Origin: Octopus vulgaris
Lineage: Eukaryota
DNA length: 64,000 bases
Direction: 5' to 3'
NCBI GenBank assembly: GCA_951406725.2
Contig: OX597817.1
Coordinates: forward strand, 9,796,001 to 9,860,000
In this document: piece by piece, positions 63,634 through 64,000 of the stretch
Layout: every line of letters begins with the position of its first letter
Numbering within the stretch: position 1 is the stretch's first letter
Made by a program: the position numbers and the translations under genes
The notes under the pieces: model-generated
Databases searched by the model: none
The model's input: the letters and a program-made list of their open reading frames with translations, nothing else
Told to the model about the DNA's origin: nothing

Positions 63634-64000
63634 TTTGAATCAGGCATAACTGGATTGAAAAAATCGAAATTTGTATCCGGCTTAAGTTCAGGAAGAACGC
63701 ACAGAAGAAGCGCTGCGAGAATTTTATGAACTTTGCCGGTATCAGAAAGTCTTATAACTTTAACCCTAAACCTTTCCTAGAATAAGCTCACAAACTCCCA
63801 CTGCAATGTCTCTTAGTCATCTAGTTAACTATGATTCTATTGTTATTAAAATGGTAGTTAAGGTGGGGGTGCTATCGTAATTATGGACTGGGATGAGTAT
63901 ATTTCAGCTTGTGAAGAAATTTTAACTGACAAAACCTCTCATGCAGAATTACCTATAGATCTAAGCCCCAACTACAAAGAGGAACTAGTTAAAATAATTT

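Overview
AT-rich, repeat-dense eukaryotic DNA. The SINE families, (TA/CA)n density and LINE repertoire point to an octopus genome (my inference). I can identify no intact host gene: almost all listed ORFs are microsatellite or satellite artefacts or decayed transposon frames, and there is one plausible orphan exon (22691-22922, minus strand). The window holds at least four tRNA-derived SINE families, fragments of CR1-like, RTE, Tx1/L1 and R4/Dong LINEs, Tc1, mariner and maT-like transposon relics, a hAT MITE, a TA-flanked MITE, a non-autonomous Helitron and a 9.7-kb composite satellite block. Highlights: (1) several unrelated short repeats carry minimal type I hammerhead-ribozyme motifs, two of them as fold-back elements with a motif on each arm pointing outward; (2) a 22-bp satellite whose unit contains a TCF/LEF consensus site plus GCCG, nested in a phased A4T4 satellite; (3) templated copies of nearby LINE DNA inside the satellites. 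All alignments and folds were done by eye.
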